DNA of 64,000 nucleotides. Origin: Calcarisporiella thermophila CBS 279.70. Lineage: Eukaryota; Fungi; Calcarisporiellomycota. Below, piece by piece: positions 48,301 through 59,918 of the stretch (positions are counted from its first letter, which is position 1; every line of letters starts with the position of its first letter). The position numbers were made by a program, and so were the translations under genes. Under the pieces are notes generated by a model, which was not told where the DNA came from, searched no databases, and saw only the letters and a list, made by a program, of their open reading frames with translations. Location: positions 409,129 to 473,128 of the forward strand of contig NW_027192212.1 in assembly GCF_041956535.1 (NCBI RefSeq), given 5' to 3'.

Positions 48301-49149
48301 CTAATCTTACCTGCGCACATGGACATGGAGTCGATGGGTGGGTATCGAGGCGGTATAGAAGTTGTGATCCAAAAAGCAAGCAATGCCAAGCTCCTTCGAG
48401 GCAACCTGTTCGCAAAAATGACATTATCAGCATCCACCCACTTTGAGCCGCATCCGTTCTCGCCGGCTTACCTGTGCGTCTTCCCCAAAAAACCGATACT
48501 TGTAGCCCACCTCCACCATCAAGAGCGTATCGGGATTCTGCCTCTTGATTTCCATGAATTGCTTTTCCAGGGGGGTGTACTTTTTACTTTCCTGCGCTTT
48601 CTTTGTTGCGGCTTTGGCCGATGATATATTCGACTTTGCATCCGATGGGCATGCGAATTGAGTCCGCAAGCGCTTCATCGGCCTATACTCCTCCTCCTCC
48701 TCCTCCTCCTCTCTCTCCTCGCCTTCCTCTCTTAGGGTCTCCTCCGCCGACGCCTCCTCATTCACCTCCTCTCCATTCTCCTTCTCCTTTCTCCCTTGGT
48801 TGTGGTTCCTCTTTGCGAGCCTCTCATTGGCGGGTGCCCCAAATTTTCTAAGGAATTCCTCTCGCCGCTTGGTGGATGCATGGGAGAGATCAGGCGACTC
48901 ATCAGTGCGATTATTTTGAAATTTATATTTCTCCGCTATGACCGATTCTTTTTCGCCGCCTCGACTGCGCGCCGCATCCGTGCGCGGTTTCTTAGCGGGC
49001 GGAGAAAGGGGCAAATCGGAAGAAACTGATTGTGAAGATTTCGATGGAGAAGAGGCAGAGGAATCGGTGTCCTCCGAGGAGGTGCGTTTGGATCGTTCGG
49101 AGAGCGGTTTGAAAAAGCCAAGAAGGGTGGCCTGTTTTTTACTCGACAT
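45315..49149 (-). CDS. MSH3: DNA mismatch repair protein Msh3 (multi-exon; stop at 45364 as read, 45315 if the G9 run is G8)
   Basis: N-terminal PIP box QATLLGFF; Msh3-type YTPLEKQF...[17 protein letters not shown]; Walker [13 protein letters not shown]; [12 protein letters not shown]; SYG/LNVARLA. Confidence 0.95.
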
Positions 49150-49481
49150 GGCTCGATGGATTGGCGATCGCGAACACTTTGATCGCGCGAAACGTGGTTG
49201 AGAAATTTGGATACGCGATTTTTTTTTAATCAACGAAGCAGGCTCAGTCAAATCAAATTGGCTATCCACGCCCTGAAAAGATTGCAGTTGTGTACGATAT
49301 ATTTGAAATATCCATCTTCGAAAGAAATCAGAACAAAAAGAGAAAGGCAAAGGATAACAACCGCGTAATACAGAAGCGAAGTCGTATATAGGCCAAAAAG
49401 GGTTTCTTGGATCAAAATCTATTCACGCACACCAACAAAAAGACAATCCACACCGTGGTCTGTCCTTTTATTGCCTTCAAA

Positions 49482-49929
49482 TCACTTGGTCGTTGCGGTG
49501 GTGGCGCCATAGCTGGGAGGTTGTGCTACAGGCGCATGATGGGCGGTAGAATCAGCAGCAACTGGGTAATAAGCTAATCATTTAACGTTTATAATAAAAA
49601 TAAGTGGGGCGTTGAAGTCTTGGCATGTTCCATCAAGGTCATTACCATGGGCGGGGACGCGATTATCCCGGTGCATGTGTATAATGTAGAAGGCATGGAT
49701 TATTCCCGGTCTAAAAATATATAAAAGAAGGGTGCTTCAGTTTCATAATGAAGAAAAACTGGCCCAAGTCGGATCCTAATCTTTACATGTGGCCAAGGAT
49801 CGAGAGGGCAACATTGATCAACAAGTCCACCGAGCAGCCCGTTTTGAAGAACACCGACAGGTAGGGGAAGAATAGGGCGAGGATAAAGAGGCCAAAATCT
49901 TTCCCAGAGTAATCTAGCGAGTCAGCCAT
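49482..49929 (-). CDS. Pmp3/Sna (UPF0057) proteolipid with C-terminal PPSY motif (two introns)
   Basis: Spliced LFILALFFPYLSVFFKTGCSVDLLINVALSILGHI|PGIIHAFYII ... QPPSYGATTATTK*. Absent from the ORF track. Confidence 0.88.
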
Positions 49930-50316
49930 TTGGAGAGCTTTGAATTCAGCGACGATGGTTCAGGTGGCAACGAGGCCGAGTTAATATAGGAGAAAGAGGG
50001 CGTGCGGAAATTGCCATTTTTTTATGATTTTCTCCGCGATAATTTTGGTAATCCTTGTGGCTGCAACCGTGACATTGGGCCTCATCACCAGCAATGACGT
50101 CTGCTATGCAAAGTTTATTCAAATAAGAAGTAGAGGAATCCTCTGTATAACATGAACATATGTCAAGAAAACCGTAAAAGACTATAAATATACTGCGTGT
50201 TTGAGGACATATAGAAAAAAATGTTGGTAGTCGAGACGGGGCATTGCATGCAAAGTCCCGTCCTTCTCCTCCCTCCCTCTCCCCCTCACTTCTATCCCAC
50301 TTGAGCTCGTCTCCCC

Positions 50317-50571
50317 CTAACAGCGACAGATTTGCCTACAGTCGCACCCTATTCCAGACGCCTGGCACGCGCAGTTCTGGCTGTGTGGCCAAAACTGGCG
50401 CTGCCCGTCCACAAAGTCGGGAGAGCAAGGCTGCTCCACCGGGTTTGAATTCGTGATGGTAAAGGGTGACTCGGAGATGGATGCCTGCGAAGGGCGCCGT
50501 GCTTTGGGAATGGTCTTGATAGTCGGGATGGGTTTCGAGCGTGGTTGTTGATTGACAGAAAGAGTTGACAT
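50317..50571 (-). CDS. Putative 84-aa protein with Cys-rich C-terminus
   Basis: ATG-initiated, RRPS motif, ends HSQNCACQASGIGCDCRQICRC*, followed by a purine-rich 3' flank. Confidence 0.55.
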   Translation of the reverse strand: MSTLSVNQQPRSKPIPTIKTIPKARRPSQASISESPFTITNSNPVEQPCSPDFVDGQRQFWPHSQNCACQASGIGCDCRQICRC

Positions 50572-52595
50572 CGTCTTGCTAAATCGCCAGAGAATGAAGC
50601 AGCACGATAACTAATTAGTAGCTTCAGAGATGAGAAGGAACCAAATTAGATAATGAAAAAAGAAAGAGGCCGAGGAAAAAAAAAAGTAGGGATGGAGACT
50701 TTTGGGTGGAGGAGATAAGAAAGATCACGAGAACCAAATTCAACGATCGGCCCAATATTTGTGACACGTCACGAATGGGTATTCTGAAAACCCGAAATCC
50801 CTTTTGTCACGAAAGTAGACGAAATAAGCTACATTGCCCTTTTCGGCTGAGAATGCGTAAGGGAGAGCTTCATGCCAGGATGTGTGTTGCGACTCTACCT
50901 CGCGGATGACCCTTGAAGCGGTGTTCCTTGATTGCGTCAGAGGACAGGCTGCGGGTGGCCCAGCACGCACTAGTCAAAGTCTGGAAGAACCAGCCATTTC
51001 CAGCAAACCTCTGTTAGGGAATATTCGTACGAGACCACGCGCCGCTATTGGCCCCACGGCCATTGGGCGACCAACCCTTCATATGCGCCCATATGGACAG
51101 GGGAGGAGAAGGGGCCTTCTTGCTTTTTGGCTAGGCAAGGACTGGGTGAGGTTTGAGCAGCAAGTCCCGTTACTTGCTGTGTGTAGGAGTCTTGGCCAAG
51201 CTGCACGAGTGGCCCTAGCAAACATGGCCGTGCTATTAGACTGCGTCAATAAAGCCACATTTAAGCACTCTCAAGTGTGTATTTAATATGGCTGCACTTA
51301 GTTAGATAAACAATTTGCTCGTGAAGGAAGACAGGTTTTATGAGCGTCTGCATGGCTACTAGGCACCTTCAACGACTGCTTGCCAACAGACAAGAATTCG
51401 AGCTTGGTACATCAACATATAGGCTGGAAACATAAAGAGACCGAAAAAGACCTCCATCAACCTTGATTAGGCTTCAAAACCATATCGCCAAGCCTGGCCG
51501 TCTCTGTCAATGCGGAATCTCAAGCGTGCTCTGCGATCCAAATTATCTGCAGAAACCCACTCTGTTTGGATGGGAGTTGGCACCCTATTCTTGTCGGCGC
51601 TGGCTGTAGACTGAGTCGAACACCGTCTCTACTATACACAATGTGTGGCATCGTATCAATTATGTCGTATATCATGATTTTGTGGTTGTCGGCTCTCCCG
51701 TTTTTATTGGCAATAGCCTAAAGGCGAGAGCAAGACGCTCCTCCGTCTAAACTGCAGCTCCCTTTTTCACTTTCTGGAATAAAATGGGTATGTAAGGCTC
51801 CCTTCAAGATCAATAGAGTATCCTGGGATTAGGCTTCTGAATCGGTACTAAAAGAAGGCTATGATCGGCCAATCGCATTGCATGACGTAGATGACCATTT
51901 CCTACAAAGTTAAATTTCTCAACAAGACAGAAATGGCAGCCCATCTTTTTTGGTAGTATTTGGCTAGCCCATTGCATCCATTTCCTTCGATTGGCAAAGC
52001 GGCCGCGACAGAATCCGAGCTCCAGGGTCATAGAAGAAAAACCTTTATTCACTCTAAACTATCCCGATGAACCCGTTGATATAAACCCAAATCTATTCGA
52101 AGCAAGTTGAATCTAACAAGCGCATATTGCATTCATGCCTGTGTGTGCATATATATATAGATAGAGATAGATGGCTATGTATATATAGAGAGAAGCAAAA
52201 CAAGAATGGGTGACAAGCGGAAAACAAGACATCATTAAGTTATAGAAAGCCCATAAGATAACCACGAGAAAACAAGAAAATAAAAAACAAACGGAGGCAA
52301 AGGAACGCAGCACCAAGTTTCCTTATTTTTTTAGAAGAAAAAAAAAAAGCAACTGTACAAACAACGGTGCTGAAATTTGACAACCTCCAGTTTGTGGCGG
52401 AAAAGTCTAGCATAACATAACAAAACAAGGGAGGAGGAAAAGAAAAAAAATAGGAGGATCATAGTATAATTTCATAAAGAAACAAACTACAAGATCGTCA
52501 TTCTAAGAAGGAATGAGCGATAATATACAAGTCTATCGAGGGGTGTTTTTTTTTTTCCGGAAGAGGGCCAAGAGGAGCTCGAGGTTTCAATTGGC

Positions 52596-54022
52596 TTATT
52601 GCAGCAGCATGTTCTCGGTGCAGGTGTACACGACCCTGCTCTTTCGGAATCCGTTAAAGGTCGAAGCGGCGGTGATCGTGTACGCACCCATGTTGTCGTA
52701 GCACATCCAGTCGCCCACCTCGAGCAGCGGCAGCTGGCCCCGGGGGGTAACGCAATCGATGGAGTCGCAGGTCGGGCCCCACACGCTGCAGCCGGAGGCC
52801 TCCTGCGCCAGCTCCTTCTCCAGCGGCGTGTCGTACACGAACAGGCTGTCGCGCTGCAGCACGCGCGGGTGCACGACCTGGTGGTCGAACATGGTGCAGT
52901 TGAAACTGCCGTAGACGCCGTCGTTGATATAGTACATGTGGCGCACGTCCTCGTCGCCGGTGGTGCGGCGAGCGATCACCGACGTGGCCAGGACAAACGC
53001 CGACGCAACGTAGAATCGTCCCGGCTCGGCAATCACCCGGATGTGCGGGGGGAATAGCTCGTCGACCGCGCCTCGCAAAACTTCCACCACTAAATCGAAC
53101 GTGATGCCTTGCGTGACGTTCGCCCCGGGGAAGCCACCCCCAACGTCAAGCAAGGTCATCGCGAAACCAAGGGCCTCAGCCTGGTCGAACACGCCGCGCG
53201 CCCGCCTGACAGCATCGCCAAACGCGTTGGCATCGAAGCACCCACTCCCCACGTGGAAGCTGATGCCGATCACGTTCAGCCCCAGCTGCTTTGCGGTCTC
53301 GAGCAACGACTGGGTCGTGTGCAGCGGCGCGCCAAACTTCAGCCCGAGCTTGCACAACGATTTGGAGTCATCCGTGAGGATGCGCAAGACGAGCTCGGCC
53401 TCGGGATAGTAGCGCGCAATCTTGTGCAGCTCCTCGGCGTTGTCAAATGTCATCTTGCGCACGCCCACCTTGGCAGCGTAGCGGATGTAGGAGGGCTGCT
53501 TGCAAGGGTTCGCGTAGATGATTCTCGAGGGGTCCACCCCCAGCGCGAGCACCTGTTGGATCTCTCCTTTGCTGGCGCAGTCGAAGCCGTTCCCGAGCGC
53601 AGCCAAGAGCCGGAGCACCATCGGGTCTGGATTGCATTTGACGGCTACCAAGGGGGGATGGACATCAAACGGGGGGAGGATCAACATCTTTTGTCTTGCC
53701 TTAGCAACGGGGGGATGCAATAGAGTTCAAATAGATTACCGTAGAATGGTTCGATACGCGGCAGACTCTCCTTCCACCTTCTGTCCTGGCGATACACCTC
53801 GCCAAGATCGGCGACAAAGAAGGCATTTTCACCGTCCATTTCTCCCACTTCCATACCCACGCTCTCCACCTGCTGCTTCATAATCTCGGCGACAGGGAGG
53901 TCCAAAACCTCTGGCTGGGTGTCGAGGGACTCCACTGCATCGGGGGCGATACCAGAAAACTCTTTAGCCGCTAACGACTCAAAATGGGCAACGGGAAACA
54001 AGGGCTCAGCAATTGACATCAT
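52596..54022 (-). CDS. SPE1: Ornithine decarboxylase (one intron)
   Basis: AFFVADLGEV, PFY|AVKCN (PLP lysine), FHVGSG, LDVGGGF, IAEPGRF, WGPTCDSID, NMGAYT. Confidence 0.97.
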
Positions 54023-54768
54023 GGTTGCGATAGAAGAAACGGATGTCGTATTTTTTTTTTGGATGGAGAAAGGGAAGGGCACAAATAGTGGAGTAATAAA
54101 AAAAAAACCTAGGAGGGTAGGGAAAAAAAAAATAGACGAGGCTAGTAGCGATTGGGGGGAGCTGCTAGAATACTAATGTTGTCTTGTTCCCGGGGGAAGT
54201 TGGCAGGCCGTTCTGGACGGGAGATGTGGGTGGGGAGATGGGAAAAGAGACGGAGGGAATCGAGCAGAAAACAGCGAGGAAAAGCTGCGCGAGAAAGGGA
54301 GGAAGATACCGAGGTTTCGAGCTAGTGTTCTAATGCGAGATGTTCAGGTGAGAAAAACAGAAGAGAAAAAATAAACAGAAAAAATTTATTTAAAATATCT
54401 TCCAATTTGCGCACGCGCAGCCAATCCAAATCGAGTAAAAATCATGCATTTTTACCGTTATTAAACATTTTGCGCGAAATATCAAAAATCGCTCATTAAA
54501 TTTGGGAGATCAGTCGTTGTTTTGTTTTCGATAATTTTTGCGTTCCCATCCTCTCCCCCCCTCCTGCATCTCGGATGACCGTGTGAGTATAAAAATTTTC
54601 GTGTATGACTAATGGAGCTATCCACCGACTCGTCTGGACCCAGAGGAAAATAAACAGACTAAAACTGTGTATTATCAATTAACCCAAATTACAAAAGTTC
54701 TAAAAAAAATAAAATATGAAATATCACGAAAGCCTACGATCTGATTGTCAACTCCAGCCTCTTTTTCA

Positions 54769-57700
54769 TTAGCGCTTGCGCTTACCATTGGAAGGCTTTG
54801 CGGCTGCTTTCTATAATAGTAAAAATGTCGTGGTGAAAAAATTATACCCATAAGGATAGCCATTAGTGCACATCATACCTTTGAGCCCCCTCCCCCTGAC
54901 CGCGCCTTCGGCTTTTGCTCCTCCTCTTCAGCCTGCTCTTTTAACAGCAAATCAATCAGGGTGCGACAACGCCGAGCTATTTCCGCCGAAGTGCGCGATT
55001 TAAGGAACCAATCAAAGCGGAACATGGGAGAGCGCCGAATATCCTCGCGAATGCGATCATACGCGTCCTGCACACCATAGCCATGTCGCTCAAGCATTAC
55101 AATCAAAAAGCGATCCTCATCCTCCGTGTAATTTTTGCCACGAGCCCCGGGGTTGTATGGGATACGTAGTTGCTGCAGAGGCATGCGATACGCACTCACC
55201 ACATTTTGCAAAAGCGATTGCACCTCATTCTGCTTATCCCGCTCGCTTTCGCCGCGCTCAATTTTTGCAATGATCCTTTCCCAATCTGCAGCAATTTTTT
55301 AGGGGAGGGGAGAGGGATATATTAAACCACATTTTAATCTAACCAAACCAATGAAGAAGCAGCACAAACTTACCCTCAATCTCCTGATATCTATCCCAAA
55401 ACACCTTGGAGTATTTTTTGATATCCGCCACGGATTTATCGGGTAGATCGGAGGCAATGCCTTCGTATTGTTTTCTTCCGTGACGTGCACATGCACTCAC
55501 AAAGAGTTGGAAGTCCCGCTTGCTCCACTCAGAGAAACCCTGCGTTTCTAGCTCCTTCATTTCCTCGATCTCCTCCTCCGTCAGCGGTTCAGCTAAAAAC
55601 ATAAATTAAAAGGCGATTAGGGTTAGGCCCCGAGCTTGTGTATGCATTTGGAATAGACTTGTCAAAGTAAAAAATAAAAAATCCTATTTGAAATTACCGT
55701 TGTCGATTCGGGCCTGTTCCTCCAAGCGTACCTTCTCTCGCTCCTCCTCATCCTCCTCTTCAATCTCGATGGAGTTGGGCGGAACCTTGTAGCCGATGGA
55801 TTTCTAATCCCAAAAAGAATCAAGCTTTAATTCTCTACAAGGCACATGTGGACGGCCACTACTCACTCTAAAGTAGTAAATTTCCTTCTCCTGCAGCTCT
55901 GCAAGTCTCGGCGGGAAAAACTGGAAGTCATAGATCTTCACTTGTTTTGGAGGGCGTGGGGCGGTAGGTTCCGCCTCGCGCGGCTTTCCTTTGAGCACGT
56001 CACGATAGTAGTTGTCGATCGAATAGCCTCCAGCTTTGCGCTCGCGTTTCGCGGGTTGAATCCAGTTGAAGCCGATCTCAGCTTTGCGCTTGTTGCTAAA
56101 GTCCTCCCCCTGCCATTCATAAGCACTCGCCTCGGATGTAAAGTTGGTCAGGTCTTGCAATCCAAGGCTCTGGAACTTGCCGTGAAGTTCAGCAGTACGC
56201 TCCTCTCCTTGTTTCATGATCTCTTCAATGTCGTCAGAAATGTGATCATTGCTACCCAGAAAGCAATCATGAGCCTCCTACAGCGATTAAAATGGAAGTA
56301 ATCAAATTCACCTTTCATCTGTGTTAAAGATCATCTCGGCTCCATGCTGGATCATTTCCAACAACTCTTTCTGTGATGCAGCTGTAAATAAAGAAAACAA
56401 ATAAAATAGCACGCTATAAGTTGTGTATCTAATGATTCTTAAAGAATTCTCTTGCACCTTTTTGCTGCTGTGCTGCGCGACCTTGCTGGACCACCAATTG
56501 ATCAATCCGCAATTTTCGCATTGCTTGTTCAATCATGCGCTCCTCAAAGGAATGCTAAGTACGAGATTGAATTTGTAGCTTGACCATAAAGAACTGCAAA
56601 TAAATCGAGCTACCCACCTCCGTAACCAGCCGGAAAACATATACCTGCTTCTTTTGTCCAATACGGTGCGCACGGTCTTGAGCCTGGAGATCCACTTGAG
56701 GGTTCCTAATTTTCAACAATACATCAAAGATGCATAAACAAGGCTAATGGATACATTGGACAGCGTCGTCACCCACCAATCACTATCATATAAAATTACA
56801 ATGTCTGCAGTAGTCAGGTTGATACCCAAACCGCCAGCGCGTGTAGTGAGGAGGAAAATGAACTTTGTGCTATCAGGTTTATTGTACTCGTCGATTGACG
56901 CAATACGATCCTCATGACTCGTCTGGCCATCGATGCGGCAGTATTCTACCAGATTGGAAAGGCAGCAATGTGGTATATTATCCAACAAACTATTGAAACC
57001 AAATTCTACGATCAGATGCAACACGTACCATATCCTTTCCACCAGCAATAATCTTCCAATATATCCAAGACGCGGCTCATTTGGCTGAACAATAGCACTC
57101 GAGAGCCGCGCTCTTTCATCCTCATGAGTAACTTGTCAAGGATGATCATCTTTCCACAATTGTCTACTATATGCTGGTCAGTTGTATAGGGAGGTCCAGG
57201 CTCCTAAATGAAGACCGAAATACAAAACACATCAGTGGGAGGGAGGCTCAACCAAGGTTCATCATCAGATAACACTAACAGCCCCTTCGAATAAGTATGG
57301 ATGATTACAGCATTTGCGAAGTTGCATTGCGATGTTGAGTAAACGCATTTTCCCCTCTTTTTTACTTCCAGTTACACCTATAAAGCGAAAATAGAAATGA
57401 ATATCACTTCGTTTGCGAAACCAACCAAAAATAAACTACCGTTGACTGCATCAATGTCTTTCTCCAAGATCTTGCGGTACCACTGTCGCTGCATTTCACT
57501 CATACCCGCATAAATGTTGATTTCTTTCTTTGGCAACAACGATTTTTCCACATCCGATTTGATACGACGTAGCAAGAAAGGCCGCAGCACCATGTGTAGC
57601 TGTCTCACAACCTCATCCTGATCATTTTGTCGGTGAATCCACGCATCAAAATCCTCCGCTGAGCTGAACACATCAGGAAGTAAGAAATTCAAGAGTGCCT

Positions 57701-59317
57701 AAAATTAATTAGAGTGGTTATTGATGTAATACAACAAGCTACTCTAAGAGTCAATTAGGAAAGGCTACCCATAGTTCATGCAAGTCATTTTGTAAAGGAG
57801 TGCCAGTGATTAACATCCTGTTCCTTGAATTCACAAGACGCACAATTTGTGAAAGTCGCGATTTCTCATTTTTTATGCGGTGAGCCTCGTCAATGATGAT
57901 ATAGCGCCACTCGAATTTTTTGAAATGGGCCTTTTCAATCAAGCAAATCTCATAGGATGTGATGCATACTTCGAAATCTTGAGGAAGGAGACGATCTTTA
58001 ATCAGCTTTGCCTGAGTGATAAACAATGAAGAATTAGTCATAAAATTGTGGCCAGGTGAGGATTGATAATAGAAAATACCCTTTCTTCTTTGTTACCCTG
58101 AAGCAAAAGAACTCGAAAATCTGGAATCCAGCGTGCAAATTCACTTGCCCAGTTGTGAAGAGTCGACTTTGGTACTACGACAAGGTGGGGTCCCGGCACT
58201 TGGCGGAAAAACTTGAGGTAACCGAGGAAAGAGATTGTTTGTAAAGTTTTGCCAAGTCCCTATATAAAAACAGTATTACAATCTTATCACAAATAGAGCA
58301 ATAAAACCAAGTTTACCATTTCATCGGCAAGAATACCATTAATTTCATTCTCGTAGAGGGAAATCATCCAATTTAAGCCCTGTAGCTGATAATCTCTCAT
58401 TATGCCATTTTGGATGTCTATAAACAAATTCGAATCAAATGATCAGGTATGCCACGAAATTAAACGTCAATGTTGGTACTAACAGCTTGGTGATTCCGTG
58501 AATGTAGTGGGGGCCTCGTGAACCTCGGTTTCATCGTGTAGTAACTCTTCGTCCTCTTCCTTCTCTGTACGTCTACGCCTCCTAGACCTTTAGAGAGGGA
58601 AGCAAAAATTGAATTTTAGCATAAACCCGAATCCATAATGATTAAATTTATTGGTGTAACTACCCATCGTCATCTTTGGTGTTGTTTTTACCCTTGTTAA
58701 CTTTGTAAGCTTCTTCCAAAACAGCCTTGAAATCTTCGTCTCGGGCGACTTTGATGTTTAAAAAATACTCGAAAATTTCTGTATGGCCGAGGAGAAATGC
58801 GAATCGCTTTACGGTGGTCTTCAACTAGAGTGTTGAAAAAAACGAGATCAATTCCCAAATAGCCATAGAGTTTTGAAATGAAATACAAAACCTTTTCTTT
58901 ATCAACCTTGGATTTGAACCGCGAGCCGGCATCAGACGCAGTATCCTAGTTCAACACAAAAAACGTCCAGATTAAATCCAAACAGAATCCTGAGGAGAAC
59001 CACTTACTTCGGTAGCAAATTCTGAATCATCTTCTGTAATGGCTGCTGGAGTAGACACAGAGGTCGATGGAGGCTAATTCGAGGAAAATTTCAGAGAATA
59101 AAAAATGAAAATATAATCGTGGACTTCAATTGGGAGTGCCTAGGGCGTAGAATCATACCTGACTCTCATAATGCTCAGAAACGGCGGATGCGTCATAATC
59201 TTGTTCCACTTCCATGTGATCAGACTGGTAGATGAATAGAACAGTGAAAAATAAACTTAGATCGGAAAAGATCATATCTGTAAATTAGGAACATTTACTG
59301 ACCTCAGAGACAGCCAT
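54769..59317 (-). CDS. ISWI: ISWI-family chromatin-remodelling ATPase (many introns)
   Basis: [49 protein letters not shown]; HAND-SANT-SLIDE ([31 protein letters not shown]). Confidence 0.95.
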
Positions 59318-59918
59318 TATGATATGAAAGCGTAATAATCTTATTCACAATGATCTCTAAGATTTTGGCGATTTCTTAGAGAATTATCCAAAGAGTTAAT
59401 ATTTAATCAAATGTTTAGTTAACGCGAAAGTGATAAAGTATATTGTGGATATGAAAACATAAAACGCGAAATTCTGCGCCATACATAAAATAATAATTTA
59501 TTCCTTGTAAATCTCGATTTTGGTAAGCTTCGAGAACAGCAATAGCTTAGTATAATTCACGTTTGTGCTGCAGTTCATACGGCGAAGACGTATCGTACTT
59601 GAGTTATTGCCTCATGACTACCTTTTGAAAGCAACCTTATATTGTCTTATTTTTAAAAAACATTCGGCTGTTTTTTATCGCTAGATGGTCTACTGCGCCA
59701 ACTCTCAACATTATTTCCTGAAGAAAAATCAGAGCTTTGTTCTATTAATCGGGGTCATAATACTATTTATATTTGAACTTTTTTTAAATCATTTGAAATG
59801 TACACGATTAGTATATCTATTAATTTGTTAGCTGGCTAAACATCGACAGATTGGCTCATATGCCAGAATACAAAGTCAAAAGTTGAATAGCTTTTTTTCA
59901 CTTTTTGGGTGCGAGTAC

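Noticed and set aside
49150-49350. N-terminal extension of MSH3 in the ORF track
   Set aside because: Non-ATG start through promoter-like sequence; the PIP box directly follows ATG 49149.
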